Source: an uncultured SAR86 cluster bacterium | Lineage (GTDB): Bacteria; Pseudomonadota; Gammaproteobacteria; Magnimaribacterales; AG-339-G14 | Reading direction: 5' to 3' | Length of the DNA stretch: 64,000 nt | Assembly (NCBI GenBank): GCA_902635045.1 | Contig: CACPMT010000002.1 | Coordinates: forward strand, 111,993 to 175,992 | Shown here: positions 60,205-64,000 of the stretch, piece by piece | How the letters are laid out: the number at the start of each line of letters is the position of its first letter | Position numbering within the stretch: position 1 is the first letter of the stretch | The notes under the pieces: model-generated | Seen by the model: only the letters and a program-made list of their open reading frames with translations | Told to the model about the DNA's origin: nothing | The model's database searches: none | Position numbers and translations under genes: made by a program

Positions 60205-61149
60205 TTAAGATAACACCTGATTAATTTGTGAAATAATTTCTTGAATAAATTCTTTATTTTGCTCTTCCGTAGAAATAGAAATTATAGTCTCATTTTTCGC
60301 TATCTTCTCAACAAAAATTTTAATTTCTTTTGTATTTCCTCTTCCAAAAAAACCTTCATCAGATTTAATTTCTGTGATGAAAACACCTCTCTCTCTATCA
60401 AAATCATTAACTTTAAATTCGGCTATATTTAAAGTTCTTTGTAAGGCAGACCAAGCTCTGGGAAAGCCAACCATAAGTCTAATTTTTGAAAATCCATCCT
60501 CATCAATAAATACTTCTGTTTTATCATTCGAATTTAAATTTAAAGCTATCAGAGAAGTCCCTGTTACGGAACCTATATCACTAAGGCCGTTTAAAATATT
60601 TGTTGAAACAGATTTGACATAGTCGTCGTCAGAATTTTTATTCCATGTGGTTCCATCTAAGATTTCGTAGGAAATAAAAATTTCAGTACTCTCTCTTTGT
60701 AAACCACTTTCTACTTTAAAAACAAATCTAGTTTTGAGATTATCTTTGTTAATTTCTTCAGTAAATATTTCTCCTGTTTTTGGATTAGCTCTGGCAATAT
60801 TTAATTCTTTGTTTTGATTCAAGTATTCTTGAAGCATAGGCCAAGCTTTACTTGGTTCGAGACTTAAATAAATCCATCTAATTTCTCCTAATTTATGAAG
60901 ACGTAATTCATTATTTGACTCAGACGAAAAAAATTGTTTTGGCAAAGGGAGTTCATAAACTTTCTGAGGACTGGGAACTGAAGTATTTGGAATAGGGTAT
61001 AAATCTATAGATTTCGATATATTTTGTCCCAATATTTTTTCTGCATTTTCATTATCTTTGGCAGAAAGATATTTATTAGATTTATTATTTTCAGGATTCG
61101 AGGCGCAAGACGCTAAAATTAAAAAAAATAAGGCTAATATTAATTTCAT
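60205..61149 (-). CDS. bamC: Outer-membrane assembly lipoprotein BamC (NlpB)-like
   Basis: Lipobox LILASC and the conserved position between dapA and purC. Sequence similarity itself is weak. Confidence 0.6.
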   Translation of the reverse strand: MKLILALFFLILASCASNPENNKSNKYLSAKDNENAEKILGQNISKSIDLYPIPNTSVPSPQKVYELPLPKQFFSSESNNELRLHKLGEIRWIYLSLEPSKAWPMLQEYLNQNKELNIARANPKTGEIFTEEINKDNLKTRFVFKVESGLQRESTEIFISYEILDGTTWNKNSDDDYVKSVSTNILNGLSDIGSVTGTSLIALNLNSNDKTEVFIDEDGFSKIRLMVGFPRAWSALQRTLNIAEFKVNDFDRERGVFITEIKSDEGFFGRGNTKEIKIFVEKIAKNETIISISTEEQNKEFIQEIISQINQVLS

Positions 61150-62039
61150 TATATTAAATCTAGGTTTTTAAGTTCTTTTTTTAAACTCTCATGAAATTTT
61201 GAATCCAAAATAGTAAGAGGAAGACGAATTCCTAATTTTATAAAACCCATTAAAAACAATGCGTATTTTACAGGAATTGGATTCGACTCAACAAAAAGAA
61301 TTTTATTCAAAGCAGTAATTTTTTCGTCTATTTTTTTTCCTTCTTCATTTTTTTCCAGAGCCAAGCGAGTCATTTCTGAAATCAATTTTGGAACTATATT
61401 TGAAGAAACTGATATTGTGCCGTGCCCTCCTCTCATAAGGAACTCATAGGAAGTTGCATCATCTCCAGAGTATAAGAAAAATTTATCATCTTTTATTTCG
61501 TCTCTGCATAATTTTTTAATTTCTTCCAAATTATTCATTTCGCCTGTAGCATCTTTTATGCCAATTATATTTTCATGAAGAGATAACCTACGAATTGTTT
61601 CAGCTTCTATGAAGCATGCTGTTCGCGAAGGAACATTATAAAGAATTTGAGGAATTTGAATCTCATCAGCGATTTTTTTATGGTGCAAATATAATCCTTC
61701 TTGAGTTGGTTTATTGTAATAAGGAGATACTAAAAGAGCAGCATCTGCTCCTGCATCTTTAGCAGACTTAGTTAATTCCAAAGCTTCAATTGTTGAATTT
61801 GCTCCTGTTCCTGCAATTACTTTAATTCTTCCATTTACATACTTAACAAAATATTCAATTAAACTAACATGCTCTTCAAAATCAATTGTTGCGGATTCAC
61901 CTGTTGTGCCGACTGCAACAATTGCAGAAATTGAGTTTTCTATCTGAAAGTCTATAAGATTGTTTAAAGATATGTAATCAACTGTTCCATCCTCGAACAT
62001 AGGAGTGGCAATTGCTGTCATAGCACCTGTTAATTTCAT
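61149..62039 (-). CDS. dapA: 4-hydroxy-tetrahydrodipicolinate synthase
   Basis: GTTGES, YNKPTQEG, YNVPSRT, GIKDATG (Schiff-base Lys). Confidence 0.9.
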   Translation of the reverse strand: MKLTGAMTAIATPMFEDGTVDYISLNNLIDFQIENSISAIVAVGTTGESATIDFEEHVSLIEYFVKYVNGRIKVIAGTGANSTIEALELTKSAKDAGADAALLVSPYYNKPTQEGLYLHHKKIADEIQIPQILYNVPSRTACFIEAETIRRLSLHENIIGIKDATGEMNNLEEIKKLCRDEIKDDKFFLYSGDDATSYEFLMRGGHGTISVSSNIVPKLISEMTRLALEKNEEGKKIDEKITALNKILFVESNPIPVKYALFLMGFIKLGIRLPLTILDSKFHESLKKELKNLDLI

Positions 62040-62110
62040 CTGAGCAAAAGTTTAACTTTGTTGCAAAATTTTATACTATTTATATCTAAATACATAAAAG
62101 GATTAATCAT

Positions 62111-62578
62111 ATGAGCGTTAAAATAAATACAAAAGTTAAAAAATTTAAAGTTTCTGCTACTAATGAATTAGAAATTAATTCAGAGGAATTGCTTGGTAAA
62201 AATTTTGTAATATATTTTTACCCTAAGGACAATACTCCTGGATGCACTCAAGAAGGTGAAGATTTCAGAGATCTTTATAAGGAATTTAAAAAATTGAAAA
62301 CTGAGATATATGGCGTCTCAAGAGATAGTTTGAAGTCTCATGAAGGTTTTAAAGAAAAATACAAATATCCTTTTGAATTGATTTCTGATCCTGAAGAAAA
62401 ATTATGTAATTTATTCAATGTAATTAAAGAAAAAAATATGTACGGCAAAAAGTATATGGGAATAGAAAGGAGTACTTTTCTTATAAATAAAGAAGGAAAA
62501 TTATCTGCAGAATGGAGAAAGGTAAAGGTAAAAGGTCATGCTGCAGAAGTTTTAGAAGAAGTAAAAAAAATTAGCTAG
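62111..62578 (+). CDS. bcp: Peroxiredoxin Bcp
   Basis: YFYPKDNTPGCTQE peroxidatic-Cys motif, 155 aa. Confidence 0.9.
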   Translation: MSVKINTKVKKFKVSATNELEINSEELLGKNFVIYFYPKDNTPGCTQEGEDFRDLYKEFKKLKTEIYGVSRDSLKSHEGFKEKYKYPFELISDPEEKLCNLFNVIKEKNMYGKKYMGIERSTFLINKEGKLSAEWRKVKVKGHAAEVLEEVKKIS

Positions 62579-62579
62579 T

Positions 62580-63626
62580 TTATTCTTTTTTAGGCCAAAC
62601 TTTAAATACAGCTCTTATGAGAGTTGCGATAGGGACAGCTAACAATAGACCCCAAAAACCCCAAATCCCGCCAAAAACTAAAATAGCAAGAATAATTAAT
62701 ACTGGATGAAGATTAACTTCATTGCCCATTAGCAAAGGAAATAAAACATTGCCGTCTAATATTTGTATTAATAAATAAATGAATAAGAATATAAAAAATG
62801 AGGTGTCAAGTCCCCATTGAAATAGCCCAATTGCTACTACGGGAATCGTAACCAAAATTGCTCCAAAAAGAGGTATCAATACCGACATGCCAACTAGGAT
62901 TCCTAAAATAACCGAGTAATTAACGCCTAGGATTAAAAAGGCTAAAGTTGTAACAGAGCCTACTATTAACATTTCAAGTGCCTTACCTCGAACATATCCA
63001 AATAATTGTGTATTCAAATCGTTCCAAATTTGAGACAGTAAGATTCTCTTATTTGGCAAAAAATAAGTAACATAACTGAGCATTTCGCTCTTATCTTTGA
63101 GAAAGAAAAAAACAAGAATTGGGGTCAATATTAAAAAAATTAACGCATTCATTATTGCTGAGAATCCCGTATTAAGTTGAATTAAAACTTGTTCAGCTAT
63201 TGAAGGTATAAAGGATGTGGAACTGGCAAAAATTTCTTCTACTTGTTCTGTGGTAAAAAAATTAGGATATCTAGTCATTAAATTGTCAAATAAGTTCTCA
63301 ACAAAAGCTACAATTGCCGGAAGCTCGTTTAATAAAGAAGCAATTTGACCTGTGACGTATGGCAAACTCACCAAGACAATAAAATAAAAAACTAAAAAAA
63401 TTGTAAAAGAAAAATAGAAAGCAATTTTCTTTGAATAGTTTTTACCTTCAAAGAAATTCATAACTCCATTGAGCAGATAAGCAATTAATATGCTAACAAA
63501 AATTGGGGTAATTGTTGACCCGACAAAATATAGCAAAACTCCAGCAATTATTAATAAAAAAAGAGCAGCAAATTGCTCTTCTTCATAAAAATAATTTCTA
63601 AAAAAACCCTTTAAATAATCAAACAT
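62580..63626 (-). CDS. perM: AI-2E family transporter (PerM/YdiK-like permease)
   Basis: About 8 TM helices, family-typical C-terminal GLLLAVPIA, position next to bepA. Confidence 0.75.
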   Translation of the reverse strand: MFDYLKGFFRNYFYEEEQFAALFLLIIAGVLLYFVGSTITPIFVSILIAYLLNGVMNFFEGKNYSKKIAFYFSFTIFLVFYFIVLVSLPYVTGQIASLLNELPAIVAFVENLFDNLMTRYPNFFTTEQVEEIFASSTSFIPSIAEQVLIQLNTGFSAIMNALIFLILTPILVFFFLKDKSEMLSYVTYFLPNKRILLSQIWNDLNTQLFGYVRGKALEMLIVGSVTTLAFLILGVNYSVILGILVGMSVLIPLFGAILVTIPVVAIGLFQWGLDTSFFIFLFIYLLIQILDGNVLFPLLMGNEVNLHPVLIILAILVFGGIWGFWGLLLAVPIATLIRAVFKVWPKKE

Positions 63627-63662
63627 AAGAGAATAATTTTTTTATAATAATCTCCATTTTAT

Positions 63663-64000
63663 ATGAAAAAATATTTATTTTTGATTTTATTAGCTCTATT
63701 TGGAGTTTTAGCGAACTCACAGAATATTGATTCTTTACCTTCGCTTGGAGATGCGTCATCCGGTTCTATTTCTCTTGCAGGAGAATATGATTTGGGGAGA
63801 TTGTGGCTATCTTTATTTAGAAGTTCTGCTAAAGAGTATGACGACCCTATCTCGAAAAGCTATGTAAAAGACTTTATTTATAGAATTTCTGAAACCAGTG
63901 AGGTTAGAGATAGAAGATACGAATTTATTATCTTAGATGATCCATCAATAAATGCTTTTGCTGCGCCAGGGGGAATAATAGGAATAAATACTGGAATGTT
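63663..64000 (+). CDS. bepA: M48-family periplasmic protease/chaperone BepA (YfgC)-like, 5' fragment running off the window
   Basis: Hand translation MKKYLFLILLALFGVLA...LPSLGDASSGSISLAGEYDLGR...DPSINAFAAPGGIIGINTGM is collinear with the E. coli BepA N-terminus as I recall it. Confidence 0.75.
   Translation, partial: MKKYLFLILLALFGVLANSQNIDSLPSLGDASSGSISLAGEYDLGRLWLSLFRSSAKEYDDPISKSYVKDFIYRISETSEVRDRRYEFIILDDPSINAFAAPGGIIGINTGM

Noticed and set aside
1-64000. Looked for CRISPR arrays, rRNA or tRNA genes, IS elements and long nucleotide repeats.
   Set aside because: I found no regularly spaced repeats. No spacer is long enough, or has the GC-rich stem pattern, of a tRNA. The only repeats found are the short motifs reported as features. 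Visual scanning cannot exclude short or degenerate elements.

Overview
AT-rich (about 30-33% GC by eye), very gene-dense chromosomal segment with about 62 supportable CDS. Most intergenic gaps are under 50 bp and six convergent gene pairs physically overlap. The gene order der-bamB-yfgM-hisS-ispG-rodZ-ndk / iscX-fdx-iscA-iscU-iscS and purC-bamC-dapA / bcp / perM / bepA mirrors enterobacterial synteny, so this is a streamlined gammaproteobacterium; a SAR86-like marine lineage is only a guess. I saw no rRNA, tRNA, CRISPR array, transposase or intact integrase.

Layout:
- 0-23 kb: accessory-looking mix of envelope-glycan genes (pgi, GT25, nagZ, PAP2), many alpha/beta hydrolases, methyltransferases, and a tight redox/glutathione cluster. 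It also holds an operon headed by an unusual LPS-kinase-like/TIM-barrel fusion protein.
- 23-37 kb: guaBA, fumC, phhB, assorted lipid/xenobiotic-type enzymes and photolyase.
- 37-54 kb: one uninterrupted 20-gene minus-strand array (isc, ndk...der, sdhCDAB, sucCD and two more genes).
- 54-64 kb: a three-gene 2-oxoacid:ferredoxin oxidoreductase cluster, then purC-bamC-dapA, bcp, perM and the start of bepA.

Most interesting observations:
1. The kinase-like/glycosidase-like fusion operon at 17.8-21.4 kb.
2. The eight-gene redox/GST cluster at 8.1-15.1 kb.
3. An isc operon with no room for hscBA or iscR.
4. sdhCDAB joined directly to sucCD with no sucAB, while a korAB cluster with a GltD-like flavoprotein lies about 13 kb away.
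5. That flavoprotein ORF carries an in-frame N-terminal extension resembling an integrase arm-binding domain. It is preceded by three direct copies of AAGGTACA and a perfect 14-bp palindrome.

All functional calls rest on motif recognition by eye from the supplied translations; no database search was run.
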